Below, piece by piece: positions 12,775 through 31,909 of a stretch of DNA of 64,000 bases. The number at the start of each line of letters is the position of its first letter. Within the stretch, counting starts at the first letter, position 1. Source of the stretch: the human T2T-CHM13v2.0 reference genome, Homo sapiens; the NCBI RefSeq assembly GCF_009914755.1, contig NC_060942.1. One strand, written 5' to 3'. Under the pieces are notes generated by a model. That model saw nothing but the letters and a program-made list of their open reading frames with translations, had not been told where the DNA came from and did not search any database. A program made the position numbers and the translations under genes.

Positions 12775-13241
12775 TTAACATATGCGTTATATGCATAACA
12801 ATTTTAGGAAGGACATACTAGAAAACAATAAAAAGTGCGAAGGAGGGAGATGAAGTGGAAGTCATGCTTTTAACTACATACTTTTACATATTGTTAGATC
12901 TAGGAATCTTGTGAATATATTGCTTATTTAAAACTTAAATCCAAATCAATACAGAATATACAACCTGGCATATCCCATGGTAAAAAAACAAAAACAAAAG
13001 TAAAATTAATACAGAATAATAGACTATACGGGAAGGGGGACTCATAGATAAAACAGCAAACCCATAAAGATACATTTAGGCCACAATAGTTAAAATTTTA
13101 AGGTCATCTGCAGCTTTGGACACTACTTAAATTTCTAAGAAAACAAGTTACCTGCTAACTATAAAAGTTGTTAAGACACCATAAACTTGGGACGTATTAA
13201 GAGGAAAACTGTACTGACCTTCAGATTCTAAGTATACTGAC

Positions 13242-13359
13242 CTTCACATGTATTGCCGGAGGACACGGTTCCCGGCCTCCAGGGCTGCTGATGGTACCCA
13301 GGACAGCACCTGTTACAGCTCTCCCCGCAAGTATTATGCTCACATTGACACTGCAGTTT
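13242..13359 (-). CDS. LAMA1: Exon 7 (118 nt), LE repeat: [39 protein letters not shown]
   Basis: LE cysteine pattern. TAG| acceptor, AAG|GTCAGT donor; phase 0-1. Confidence 0.96.
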
Positions 13360-13788
13360 CTACACAATAAGGAAGCCAAAACTGAATTAGAAAATGTATC
13401 TGCTTATGTTTCTTAATTTCATGGTAAAAAGAACCTATCTGTCAAATATGTGGCAAGAACCTCACAACAGAGGATATATGATTATCATCAAAGCAAACTG
13501 GCATTTAATTTTTAGATGCCAATATATACAAATAACCTGGTTACAAACAGAAATGAAGAGGAATAAAGCAAAACCAGAATACGACTTAGCTAATAAAAAC
13601 TTTTTTTAAAAATATACATGGAACTTATTAAGGGTTTAGAAACTCCTATTAATAATTTTCTTAGTGTTCATCTACAGATTTTTCAGCATCGATAACAGAA
13701 TAGTCCTATTCAAGAGGTAAAGAATTACAAAGATTAGAAGAAAATAAGAAGTAACTTCATGCAAGTGTTTTAAAAGGGAAGATGCCAG

Positions 13789-14385
<597 letters not shown>

Positions 14386-14797
14386 TGATTTAGCACCAAA
14401 AAAAACGGAAGGGGAGAAAATAGGAAGAGAAAACCTTTCTTCTAAAAAATATAAACATAATTTATAATTGCACTTTTTTTTTTTTTTACTTTCTTACAGA
14501 CAGAAGGGCTTCAAAATTAATAAGGCCACTGAACTGTACACTTTCAAATGGTAAACTTTATGTTAGGGATATTTTATCACATAAAAAAATCATTGTAAGA
14601 ACTTAATTAGAAACATATCCTCCAAAGCAAAATGAAATTGTTTAAAAATGACACAAGTTAAATTTCTGAAAATCTGTTTTTTTGGAGCATAATTTTATAC
14701 CTTTCATGTTTGTTTGGAATAAAAAAGAGTAATGCAAATATTATAGCTACAATTTCTGTTTTGAAGTTTTAGTAAAATGTGAAATACTAGAACTCAC

Positions 14798-14887
14798 CTT
14801 TGTAGTTTCATCCCATGGGCAGCTACTAGCATGGCCATAGCAGATACACATGCCTCCAACAGAAATGTCCTTTATTGAATAATAATA
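14798..14887 (-). CDS. LAMA1: Exon 6 (90 nt), end of LN / start of LE1: [30 protein letters not shown]
   Basis: [12 protein letters not shown]-CxCxGHA motif. TAG| acceptor, AAG|GTGAGT donor. Confidence 0.97.
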
Positions 14888-15561
14888 CTAAGGAAAAAGA
14901 AAGTTATGAACAAAAATTAAAACCTAGATTTCAGTGAAATGAAAATGTTGGCACACCAACAAATATCTCATGTAGTTTAAGAGTTTTTATTGGTAATCTA
15001 AAATATAATTACATGTACATTTAAAAATTATATTTCATGCACAAAGAATCCTGTGCTCAATTAAAATAAATTAGGCTCAAATTAGCTCATCAGAACCCAA
15101 AGAAGTCTAAAAGAATTCCCCAACTGCATCTTAAACCAAGTCAGTAATGTTTCAAAACTCATTATTGAAAACCGTAAAATAATTGGCAAATTGAATACAG
15201 CACTCTATAGAAAAGATCATGAACAAGTAAGAGTTACCCTAGAATGCAAAGTTAATCTACCACACAAAAATCAAGAAATGTAAATCACATTAACAGAACA
15301 AAGTGCTTTCCTCTGAAGAAATGCACTCACCAGTTCTCTATGTTTTTACATGTTAGTGTTAATAGACTTCTTTTTAGATTTCATTTTCCATTGTTCATTG
15401 CTAGTGACTAAAAATGTGATTCATTTTTGTTCATTGATTTTGTATACTGCAACACTGCTAAATTCACTTGTTATTTCTGGTAGTTGCTTTGTAGCTTTTC
15501 TACATACATAATCATGTCATCTACAAATAATAACAGTTTAGTCTTACTATGTGTGCCTTGA

Positions 15562-15861
<300 letters not shown>

Positions 15862-16934
15862 TTCTTTTTTCATTATTGAACATTGTTGAGCATTATTGAA
15901 CAAGACCTTTTCAAATAAACAATAAAACTCTGCCAAAGAGAATTAAAGAAGATTTAGATAAGTGAAAAGTTATATATCAGGTGCACAGATTGGATGACTC
16001 AACATTGTTAAAATGTCTTATAAAATTCTTCACAAATTGGTGTAAAGAATCAATGGAATCCCAATGAAAATCTTAGCAGGCTTTATTTTTTTTGCAGAAA
16101 TTAACAAACTGATTCTAAAATTCATAAGGAAATACAAGAAACCTGACCTCTCAAGACCTACTGTAAAGCTACAGTAACCAAGAAAGCTTGTTATTGGCAC
16201 AAGAATAGACAAACAGATCTATAGAACAGTAGAGAGTCCAGAAATAAACCCACAATAATAAGGTTGAATAGTTTTCAACAACGGCCCCAAAACAAGTAAA
16301 GCATTCTCAACAAATGGTGCTAGAACAATTGCATATACATATAGGAAAAAAAACAAAAGCAAAAAAAACTCTGACTCCTCCCTCACACCAATCACAAAAA
16401 TTAATACAAAATGAATTATAGATGTAAAAGCTAAAACTATACAGCTACTAAAAGAAAGCCTACCATGATATCTTGGTAAATTTGGGATAAGCTAATATTT
16501 TTTGAGGTCATAGAAAGCATTAATCATAAAAGAAAAAATGGTAAATTGGGATTCGTCACAAAACCTCTGCTCATCCAAAGTCACAGGAAGGTGAATAAGC
16601 AAACACCAAGTAGAACGGATATGTTTGCAATATATACATATCTGATGAAGGATTCGTATACAAAATATATAAAATTCTTTTATAAGTCAGTAACAAGGAG
16701 GCTTATTTTTTGTCCAATTTAAAAATGGACAAAAAAAATCTGATCGTATACTAGTAAGCACATTGTCAACATTAGTCAGCAGAGAAACACAAATTAACGT
16801 CACAAAATGCCAATACACGCACACAGGAACAGCGGGCATAAAAATGACTGATAGCACTAAATATCTAACAGTGTGTAGTGCAGCCAGAACTCTCACACAT
16901 TGCTGGTCAGACTACAAAAACGGACACAACTACT

Positions 16935-17071
16935 TTTATTTTTATTTTTTAAATAGAGTTGAGGTCTCACTCTATTGCCCAGGCTGGTCCCAAACTCCCA
17001 GGCTTCAGTGACCCTCCCATTTCAGCCTCCCAAAGTGTTGGGATTACACACGTGAGCCACAACACCCAGCT
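16935..17071 (-). mobile_element. FLAM / Alu monomer
   Basis: Left-arm-type monomer; TSD acaactactttt. Confidence 0.85.
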
Positions 17072-17207
17072 GAATACAACTACTTTTTATATAAGTTTAG
17101 CATTTTCTTAAAAAGGTAAACATCCAGCTACCCTATAACTTAGTAATCCCACTCCTGGGTTATTGAAGGGATATGAAAATTTTTGCGACACCAGTCTTAC
17201 ACACTTA

Positions 17208-17367
17208 ACTACATACTTAAAATCTGTATGCTTTCCTGAATGTAAATTATGTCTCAAACTTTAAAATTTGATATGAAAGAAAATTCTCAGTTGCTGAAGA
17301 TCAGATGTGGAACCAGACTACGATGTGAAGAACAAAGACCATGGCATTCACCACATTATGGCACTAT
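17208..17367 (+). repeat. 160-bp direct repeat, copy 1 (copy 2 at 18322-18481)
   Basis: Ungapped manual alignment with 13 mismatches. Confidence 0.93.
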
Positions 17368-17597
17368 GGGGACGGGGTGGGTGAGGGACCTAAGGATATG
17401 ATTTTGGCCCATCACCTAAAGGCAGCATCTGTAACAACATAGCAATCTTACATGAAATAAGGATACAGCTGCTGGCAAGAAAAAAGGCCAACATGTCGGG
17501 GAAAGAACAACCAAAAAGGAAAGAAGAAAAATAATAGTTCCTTTAAATAAAATGAATCTTTTTATTTTATTTGGCAGGACTGCCGTCCCATACTCAC

Positions 17598-17777
17598 GCG
17601 TCTGGTAACAATAGGATCCAGTTCTTTAGGTTCCCGGTGGCTAAGGGTCATGAGATCTGCATTGAGCGTTCTAATGCGTTGCAAGCGAAGGCGAATATAT
17701 CGTGCAGAAGTGAATTCCAACAACTTGGGTGAAAGATCGTCAGCGCTTGGTCTGCCATTGATGAGTGATGTATGAAT
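17598..17777 (-). CDS. LAMA1: Exon 5 (180 nt), LN domain: IHTSLINGRPSADDLSPKLLEFTSARYIRLRLQRIRTLNADLMTLSHREPKELDPIVTRR
   Basis: Manual translation. CAG| acceptor, CGC|GTGAGT donor; phase 0-0. Confidence 0.97.
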
Positions 17778-17805
17778 CTGAAGATGAAGGCATCAAAATA
17801 GATGA

Positions 17806-18118
<313 letters not shown>

Positions 18119-18321
18119 ACAAATGTCAATTTTAAGCATGCAAAAATATAGCCCTGATTGTCTAATGTCAGGACAGAATCTTTTAGAGATACCATCTAAA
18201 ATCAAAACAAAACAACTAGCTTCTTGTAAAAATATGTCTAACATTTGTTAATTACTTGTGAATTACCATGATCTCAATGTCTTCAGTTTATTGAAGGTAT
18301 CTATTTCACTGTCTCAGATAT

Positions 18322-18481
18322 ACTATATACTTAAAATCTGTATGTTTTCCTGAATGTAAATTATGTCTCAAACTTTAAAATTTGATATAAAAGAAAACCC
18401 TCACTTGCCAAAGATCAGATGTGGAACCAGACTACAATGTGAAGAACAAAGACTACGGCATTCATCACATTATGGCATTAT
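18322..18481 (+). repeat. 160-bp direct repeat, copy 2
   Basis: Aligns to 17208-17367 at offset 1114. Confidence 0.93.
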
Positions 18482-19213
18482 TGCTGAAAATCTTTTAAGA
18501 AGACCGTTTCTCTCCAAGTGGTTAGAATATTTCAGCATCTGTCCCTGGGCTACAACTTCTCTGAAGCAAATTTAAAATGTTATGAATAGGCTTCGAGAAG
18601 AACAAAGAAAAAGTCCACAAAGCCTGAATGATACAGGCTGTCTTAATTAATCTCTGCCCTTGAAACAACTCACAGCTCGCTGCAGAGTTCCCGCTGTGAA
18701 GAGCACTGGAGAATTTTTGTAGTTTCATCTCATCAAGCCAGGTGCTACTAAAGAATGGGCTGTTTCTCATTATACTCTGACTTCAAGGAAGTGTATACAA
18801 TCTGGGCATGTTGGGCACTAAGCTGCAAGACTTCAAGAGTCTCCAGTGCTCACCACCTACCGAGGAGAACACTGAGAAAAGGGAACTACAACTTTGGGGG
18901 ACATTTTAGCTCTCTAATATTTCAACAAACATTCTTGCCCTGGTGCTGTGGGGAAGATGCTCTGAAGGAGGATCCAAGGGCGTTATTAAATCACAGCAGA
19001 GTGAAGACTGAGAGCCTCCTTGAAGAGAGGAAGTCAACAAGGTAAACCATATTGTTTGTGAAATTACTTATAATAGACATGACTCAAGGCCACTTTAAAT
19101 AGAGCTAGATAGTTATATTAAAGATCTTTGTATTGAGAGAGATCAATTTTGAGTCTGAGACAGGGAGACTCTGATGAGGAAACAGATCTTGCTGCAGCGG
19201 GCACCATACCTAC

Positions 19214-19456
19214 CTCTCCATGCTCAAGTGGCACCAATCTGGAATAATAGGAGGTGCAGATCACTTCATCATCAGCCCTGTAGGTGGGTGGCCCTCGTCT
19301 TGGAGTTATATTGTAACGAGACAAACACTCTGAGTCGCTGACTGCATAATACTGCCAGGGGCTGAACGTGGTGCCATCCAGAGAACGCTCCAAAATCCAG
19401 TTTCCAGGTCGAGGGGCATTGGCAGCTTTAATGATGACATATGCAACTTGAAAGAC
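19214..19456 (-). CDS. LAMA1: Exon 4 (243 nt), LN domain: VFQVAYVIIKAANAPRPGNWILERSLDG...LEHGE
   Basis: Inside ORF 19118..19471, with the LN motif RPGNWILERS. CAG| acceptor, GAG|GTAGGT donor; phase 0-0. Confidence 0.97.
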
Positions 19457-19519
19457 CTGAAACAAAGACACTGAAAAGTCTCAATCCAGAATCAATACAA
19501 GCCAGGCACAGAATGAGAG

Positions 19520-19890
19520 CTACTGCATGATCTAACTTAAAGGTAGAATCTAAGATAGTTGAACTTAGAATCAGACAGTAGAATGGTGGCTGCCATGAGG
19601 TGCGAGGAGAGGGGAATAGGGAGATGGTGGTTAATGCATACCAAGTTTCAGTTATGCAAGATGAATAAGTTCTGGAGATATAATGGATGGTAACAATAGT
19701 GTACTGTATACTAGAAATTTATTTATTAAAAGGGTAGATCTTAAGTATGCTCATCATATACACAAAAGGGTAACTATGTGAAGTGATAAATATATTAATT
19801 ATCTGGATTGTGATGATTCTTTCACATTGCATATGTATATCAAATCAAGTTGTACACCTTAAATATACACAATAATTTTTTTAAAAAATA
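19520..19890 (+). mobile_element. L1MA 3' end
   Basis: AGTAGAATGGTGGCTGCCA...GATGAATAAGTTCTGGAGAT...GTAACTATGTGA. Confidence 0.75.
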
Positions 19891-20239
19891 GAATCAGTAG
19901 CAACTGTTCAAAAACAAAAGTGCACCTTGAGAGAACTGGTATACATTGGTTGCCAAAATCGAAGCTTTGGAGTATAACTGCTCATACATGTTAATCAGAA
20001 ATGTGTCTTGTGAATAATCTCCTAGTAGCATTTGTTTTCAGAATGAACTCAAAAAGTACTCACAAATAAATATGTAGTATTATTATTATTAACAATATTG
20101 ATATGAACATAAGAGCTTGTTCTTGTTTCCAATGTCTTTATTTGGATCTTGAAAGATACTAGTGTTATGTTACATTAATAGTAGTGTTAAAAGTATTTTT
20201 CATAGTGATTTGGAGATAACACATCTAAAATTGAGAAAA

Positions 20240-22050
<1,811 letters not shown>

Positions 22051-22300
22051 CAGAGTAATGAGGAAACAAACTGGGGGGAAAAAAAAATGAATGTAGATGA
22101 CTATTAGCAGCGGGAGGAAACTAGCCAGACAAATCCTGGATTTGGAAGGGACCCTGGTAGATATCTAGCCCAAAATCTAAAACTGAGAAGGAATTACCTC
22201 TCCAAAAACCCCAGGCCTTCTGCAAGTACTTCCAGTGACAGGAAATTCATTAGCTCCTAAGACAGTCCTTTTGTTTTATGACAACTCCCTCATTAGAGGA

Positions 22301-22590
22301 TTTTTTTTTTTTTTTTTTGAGACAAGGTCTCACTCTGTTGCCCAGGCTGCTGGAGTGCAATGGCACGATATCAGCTCACGGCAGTCCCAACCTCCTGGGC
22401 TCAAGTGATCCTCCCACCTCGGCCTCCAGAGTGGCATGCAGCACCACACCTGGCTAATCTTTGTATTTTTTTGTGTGACAGGGTCTCACTATGTTGCCTA
22501 GGCTGGTCTCAAACTCCTGGGCTCAAGTGGTCTGCCCACCTTGACCTCCCAAAGTGCTTGGATTACAGCCTTGAGCCACCATGCCTGGCC
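22301..22590 (-). mobile_element. AluJ
   Basis: Diverged dimer with a small deletion. Confidence 0.9.
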
Positions 22591-23162
22591 AGATAATCTT
22601 TTTTTTACATTGATTCAAGCTCCCCCATAATATTCGACATGCTGGAGCTGCAGAAAAGATCTTGGATTCCACTTTCATGTAACTGTCCTTCAAGTATCTG
22701 AACATAACTATCATATATCACCTCCAGAATCTCTCGTTTTTATCCTCAGTATTCTGGTTTCCTGAAAACATTCATCATTTAACAAGACATCCTTGCCTTG
22801 TCATAAGGCTCTGGACACAACTTTATTTTAAAATGCAGCTCCCAGGAATTGAATAGAGAACTCTAAATGTTTTCTGAATTGTCAAGAACGTAGTGAAAAT
22901 ATCACACCCCTGTTTTAGTTATTCAGCCTTAGCAAGCATTCACTTTTCTGACAGTAAACTTAGATTACTAACTCAGGTTGGGGTAGCAAGCAACAAAAAA
23001 CAAAAATGCCTTTCTCCAGGTGAACTGCTACTGACTGCAGACTTCCTCTAACCTGGATGGATATGGGTGATTTGTTTAAAAACCAAAGTCCAGTACTTTT
23101 AATTTGTAAAATAGCCATGCAATACATGTGTGTAAATGGACCTCTAAACGTGTGTGTGTGTA

Positions 23163-23632
23163 CAGTTGACCCTTGAACAACACGGGTTTAAACTACATAG
23201 GTCCACTTATAAACTAATTTTTTTGTGTGCTTCTGCCACCCCTGAGACAGCAAAACCAACCCCTCTTCCTCCTCCTCCTCAGCCTACTCAATGTGAAGAT
23301 GACAAGGATGAGGACCTTGATGGATCCACGTCCACTTAATGAATAGTAAATATAGTATTGTCTCTTCCTTACAATTTTAATAACAATTTCTTTTCTCTAG
23401 CTTACTTTAAGAATATACCATAAACATACAACACATAAATACATATATAATACATAATACAATACATACAACACATAAAATATGTGGTAACTGTTTATGT
23501 TATCAGCAAGGCTTCAAGTCAATAATAGGCTATTAGTAGTTAAGTCTTTTACGGAAGTCAAATGTTATTCATGGATTTTTTGACTGCCTTGGGAGTTGGC
23601 ACTCCCAACCCTCAAGTTATTCAAGGGTCAGC

Positions 23633-23634
<2 letters not shown>
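23163..23634 (+). mobile_element. Tigger2a/MER28 (TcMar-Tigger) MITE
   Basis: TIRs CAGTTGACCCTTGAA...TTCAAGGGTCAGCTG; TA on the left; flanked by (TG)n. Confidence 0.85.
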
Positions 23635-23663
<29 letters not shown>

Positions 23664-23688
23664 ATATATATGTATATATAAAAATTTA

Positions 23689-24146
<458 letters not shown>

Positions 24147-24318
24147 CTAACAATTCTATCTCATTATAGTCACTCTTTCCACCTGCCAGAAACATTCTCC
24201 AATCGACTTCAGTCTGCGAGTGATTTCAGTGTGTCAGATGTTTTGGCTATCTCTGAGCATGAGCTACTTTCCTTTCGAAGACAATGGCTGTTTCTAAAGC
24301 ACATTAGAAGCGAAATAA

Positions 24319-24676
<358 letters not shown>

Positions 24677-25326
24677 TCATCACTGTCCAACTGTTTTGTA
24701 AATGTTTGCATCATAAAAGTTGAACTCAATATGTGGGTTGTGACCATCCATTACTGCTGCACCTGTGAAACTTGACTTCACAAAGCAGAGGCGCCACATG
24801 AGCCAGGGTGATCAGGCAGCCCATTGGGGAGGGAGAGAAGGCAAGGTCATTTACAAAGACATCTGAAACAGAATGTAATTACTTTGTCTTCCAGTTTCAC
24901 ACTTGAATATGGAAAGAACTAACAAGTTTACCACGTGCGTGTTAAGAGCTTTATACATATATCATCACATTTAATCCCAAACAACCCCATTATTGTTTTT
25001 GTGCCCATTTTACACATTTGGAAACTGATGAAGAGAGAGGTCAAGAAACAAACTACTGAGTTGCAGGTCCCAAAAGAAACCAGGTGGTGTCAACTCCAGA
25101 GCCCTTCAGCCACCCTGCGTGCTGCCTGCCCCCAAATGTCCACACACACCTAGGGTCACTGAACTTTCATTTTTGTAATGCCAAGAAACAAACAAACAAA
25201 AAGATTCCTACATTCACCTGGAGACCGGGTTCATATGTTAAGCATAGTGGCAGCTCTTCCAGTTATTCTGTTAGGTGGGGGAACACGATGGAGAGTGTGC
25301 AAGAAACAAAGATTAATGAATGCTAA

Positions 25327-25680
<354 letters not shown>

Positions 25681-25965
25681 AACAACTCTGAATTCTTACA
25701 ACAACATTCTTCTTACAAAGTAAGTACTGTCATTTCCCCCCATTACAGATGAGGAAATTGGGGCACAGAAAGGTTAGGTAATCTTCCCAGGATCTCACAG
25801 GTGCTAAACTGTATACAGCAGGGATTGAACCCAGGCAGTTTGTACTCTTAAGCACTATGCTGCACTACTTCTATATATTGCAAAGAAAAGGAAAGAAATC
25901 CCAGGCTGAGACAACGGATAAGCCCTAATCCAGTTTTTCCACCCTTTCACTTTAACCAGTGTCAT

Positions 25966-26621
<656 letters not shown>

Positions 26622-26962
26622 CAGCCCATAATTATTTCAATACCATGTTCCAGTATTTTACCAACCTTTTGCCAGCTTTTATTCTGAGAGCTTAGTCATA
26701 TATAAGAAAATGATACTAAATGGAAGAACAGCCGTAGTGAAAAACTTCAGGACAAGCTCTCAAGGGAGGAGTTACTTAACTTTTATCTTGATCAAAGACT
26801 TCCTTAGGATGCTGGGCCATTGTTCCCACAATCTCTCAATAGTCCTCAAGGTCCCCAAACTGGAGACCAGGAAACAAACTAGGGGTCCTGAGAGTGGTAA
26901 GTCTGATAAACAGGCAAAGGGTGCTATGAAGAACCTAAATACAATTTGTCTTCACTTTGCCC

Positions 26963-27327
26963 TGTTATGGGCTGAACTGTTTCCCGCAAAAGTCATACAT
27001 TGAAGTTCTAACTTCCAGTAGCTCAGAATATGGCTGTATCTGGCGATAGGCTCTTTAAAGAGGTGATTAAGTTAAATGAGGGCATTGTAGTGGGCCCTAT
27101 TTGAATATTTCTGGTGTCATAAGAAAAGCAGATTAGGACACAGACAGTACAGAGGGAAGACCATGTGAGGACTCAGGGAGAAGAAGCCACTATGAGCCAG
27201 AAGAAACCGACTCTGCTGACACCTTGACCTTAGACTTCAGCCTCCAGAACTGTGAGGACATCAATGTCTCTTGCTTAAGCTGTCCAGTTGGTGCTACTTG
27301 TTACAGCAGTCTCACCTGATTAATACA
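26963..27327 (+). mobile_element. MLT1A-type (ERVL-MaLR) solo LTR
   Basis: Runs TGTTATGGGCTGAA...TAATACA; contains GAGGTGATTAAGTTAAATGAGG and CAGCCTCCAGAACTGTGAG motifs. Confidence 0.8.
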
Positions 27328-27409
27328 GGCCGAATTCACCAATCATGTGTTGACAAATTGGTCTTATATGTAATGTAGAAAAACTGAAGGACTGTCTGTT
27401 AGTATGTAG

Positions 27410-27779
<370 letters not shown>

Positions 27780-29393
27780 TGACTAAACTGCCTTTTCTCT
27801 GGATTTAAGGTTGGCTGAACACAAATTGATGATGCAGGGGTTCTCACTAGACTCAGAGTCAATGTAGTCTTGCTAAACCTGCAGCTGATACAGCCATTTT
27901 TAAATCCACTTTCATCACGATTTTCCACCAAGTAGCCTTTGTTAATGATCACTGGAATGCACATAAACAGTGTCACATAAATAAAGTAGGCACACATCAA
28001 ACGCCACTTTCTGAAAAGGAATCCAGACAGGAATGTTCATGTGGGCCTCAATCTTAACTTAAATATATTAAATCCATCTCAGGCACAGATGTCTAAAAAA
28101 TACAGATAACCTAATTTTCCAGCATCAGAGGTCAACTTCCCATGTGCAGACAGAAGTGAAGCCTCTCCTCTCCACAGAAAGTGCAGCTGTTCTCCGCAGG
28201 CTCTCAGGAAATCTATGGGGCTCAATACCAGGCATGACTCCGGTCTGAAAATTCTCCATAAAAGAACCTACCTGCCTCCACGGTGGTAACTGAACAGTGA
28301 ATGAAGGCATGTTTTCTCTCTTGCATGAAGGAAATAAACTTTTCCCAGACAAAAGAGATTTAGATGAACAGTTAAGTGCATTTGATAAATAATATTGCTG
28401 AGTTATCCCTGTGAAAGTGGCGATTTTGTGCTCTGTGAGATTTATGTCTCATGAAATTATTAGAGAATGAAATGTAAAATGACCATTTGAATTAACACTT
28501 ACTACTCATGAATAAAGAAGCAGTGATTTAATAGGAGGCTAATTACCAATGCAGATATGGCTCACTTCCAGTTTTATAGCGTGTCAATCACGAAAGCACT
28601 TAGTCAATTATCAGCACGTGAAGTGGCAACAAAAACTAGCAAAAACTGAGATGCTAGGGAGCTGAGAGGGAAGGAAGGATGTCTGCAATACACATTTTAA
28701 ATACATTTCTCAGAGCAATTACTTGAAATGTCATTTATATTATATTTCAGTTGGCAGTTTTAACTGTTATCTCATTTTAGGAGCAGCATACTCAACAGAC
28801 AAAAAGAAACAGCTTCATAAACGAGAAGAACATTTCAGAATAAAACGTGATTTGTTTCTCTTTAAATTTGGTGCTACCATTAGATGTGCAAAATAAACAT
28901 GTCCCAAAATTAAAACAAAACAAAATATGTCCTTGTCCAGTAACTTTTCTCTTTTTTGCTCCTTTTCTTTTTGCTTTTTGTTTTGATTAGGGGAGGAGGG
29001 ACAGGCTGCCAATAGTGATAAATTTAGATCAAGCAGATTTCTTTCCTTAAAATTCTTAAAATTCATGTCTCAGACAATCTAGGAATGCTCCCTTCAGAAC
29101 CATGCTGAGATACTTAAAGTGGACATTGAAGAAAAGCCAAAGTAAGAGAGATGATTGCTGACAAATAGAGGGCACAGAGATACGAGCCCATTTAAAACGT
29201 AAATAGTAACCCATGATCGGTAATCTGAAGATAGGAAAGAAATACTTCAAACACCTGTCAGAAGCAGTTCTGACTTCCATCAATTAGAAAAGCGATTTCA
29301 AAAGGAGCCCACCCCGCAAGCTGACCCACGGTCCAGGTGTCACCATTTCCATTTGAGGGTGACTAATAGTATTGTTGTTTTAAAAAGTGTGCA

Positions 29394-29706
<313 letters not shown>

Positions 29707-31909
29707 TTATCTAAGAAACAGAACAGACAAGTAAAAGGTTGTCTTCCCTTCCTAGTCTCGATGTATTTCTCCCTATAATTGTTCCTGTTGCTCAAGTTGA
29801 CGAGGTGTTCTTGGTGATTTTGCTAAATTTGTGGAAAATTAGCTGGAACAGCCTCAAAACCACAGCCAGGCATGTCACCAAATGCTCTTTGTGAGGATCT
29901 TCATTTCTTTTCCCCACCTTGTAAGATCCACATGACAGCCAAGTGCCCCTAGAATGATATAAACCCACTTGTGAAATGCAGTTACAGGCCATTCTCAGAC
30001 CTAAGAAATCCAAAAAGCACCTTTTCTATTCCCCAACTCCTAACGATTCCCTTGGCCGTTAACTATCAAGTTTTCACCTAGGACCATCTAAGCCTTTGAA
30101 ATCACACTAGGCTTTCTCCAAAATGCAGTTCCCCATTTGTTCATGTTGGGACAGTGGTGGCAATGAATGGCATCCCTTCCTTCCTCTTCTGATGTGGAAG
30201 TAGGCTCACAAATCTGTCATGGAGATTGGAAAAAGCAGTCTGCAATATTCCATAAAAAAGCAAAACTGGAGGATATGATGTAGATGGGCGCGGTGGAGGC
30301 CTGCTCGACACACTCCCTCCTGCATCACAGCCTGAGTGGGTGCTTGTGGACCCACCCTGGAAGCTCTGTCCTGTGGGCCAGTACCTGTGCGTCTGAGAAC
30401 AGCCTGCACGGGAAAAGAAGAGCACACTGTGCCCTGGGGGAGAGAGTCAGCTGTCCCCGAGTTAGGCAATGACTGCTCCTCCCTTGAGGACAGGTGGGGG
30501 AGGGGTGAGCAAAGGAACACTCCACATGGACACAGGACACTGGGGACAAGGGACGCCCACTAACAATTTTTCACTGAAGCTTCGTCCAGTCATCATTAAC
30601 TGAGCATCTGCTTTGTCACAGGGACTAAGCCAGGTGCCACAAATATGGCAGTGGATGGAAGGTCTATGTGACCCAATGCCCTGGTGGGAAAGCCAGAGGC
30701 TGACCAAGTCACCAGGGAGAAGGGTGGAGGCTGTGAGAGTGTCTGGGTGTTGGGGGAAGGCCCATTAACTCTGGAGAAGGCAGATAGTCAGGGAAGTCTT
30801 CCCTGAAGGTAAGAGAAGGTATCTCTGAAACCAGATGAGAGATGTCCAGGTAACTGGAGCAAAGGTGAGGAAAGACACTGAGGGGAACTCTGAGGGCAGA
30901 GCACAGAGGAAGGAGTGCAGAGATGGCAGGAGAGAGCCGGCGGGCGCCTGGCCAGGGCTGTCGGCCATCACGCAGATGTTTGTGCACCGTGGTTAAAACG
31001 CTTAGACCATCCCAGGGACTGAAACCAAGGAGCTACAGGGTCACCGGAGCTGAAGGTCACAGGATTGGATGTTGGTGCCTGGAAATCATGAGAGATGGTG
31101 GTGCTGACTTTGTAAACACCAAGAGACCAGAGCAGAGATAAAAGCAACGGGTCTTACAGGGTTTTCTAAAAGGCCAAAACATGAGTGAGAAGGAAAACAC
31201 AAAGAGGCCAAGCAGTGTCTTCCAGCTCGATCAGATCCCTCTCTCCACTGTAGGAAGAGTGCAGAGTTCTCTCCTACATGGCCCCAAAGCCCACACTTCC
31301 CCGCTCTTGCCTCAGTCCCAGAGAATATCTGGCTAAAAATTCAACTTCTTTTCACCTCTTCTCCTAGTCCTCACATTGACCTGTTTTTGCTCCAGTTGAT
31401 GGAGCGATGGTGAAGAGCTTACAGCTTGCATCCCTTCTTCGCATGCCTTATTATGAGAAAACACACGAGCATCACACTCAGTGACAGTAAAAGGGGCCCT
31501 TAATCATTAAGCCTCTAAAATCCAACAGGTGATACTGCCCAGAAAAGCTGTGCAAATCTGTACTTAACGAACTCCATTAAACATTAACCTATTAGTTATA
31601 CATTTACAACACCCAGAAACAATAATTATGTGTTTTCTTTCCTTTGGGCCCTAAATCTAGCTGAATCGTTGATAGTTTTAGCACTAGAGAGATGAGAAAG
31701 TATTGTTTCTTGTGAGTGTGTAAAATTTCACTTTTTATATGGATCCTTGGTCTATATTCTACTTGAAGATTCTCCTTTTTCTTTAGACACATCTAACTTC
31801 ACTGAGTATCTAACTGACAAATCATAATATTTAAAGCTTATTTTTTAAAAGAGAATATCCAAATATGTAGGATACATAATATATAGGAAGGCTTTTGTTT
31901 ATTTTTTTA

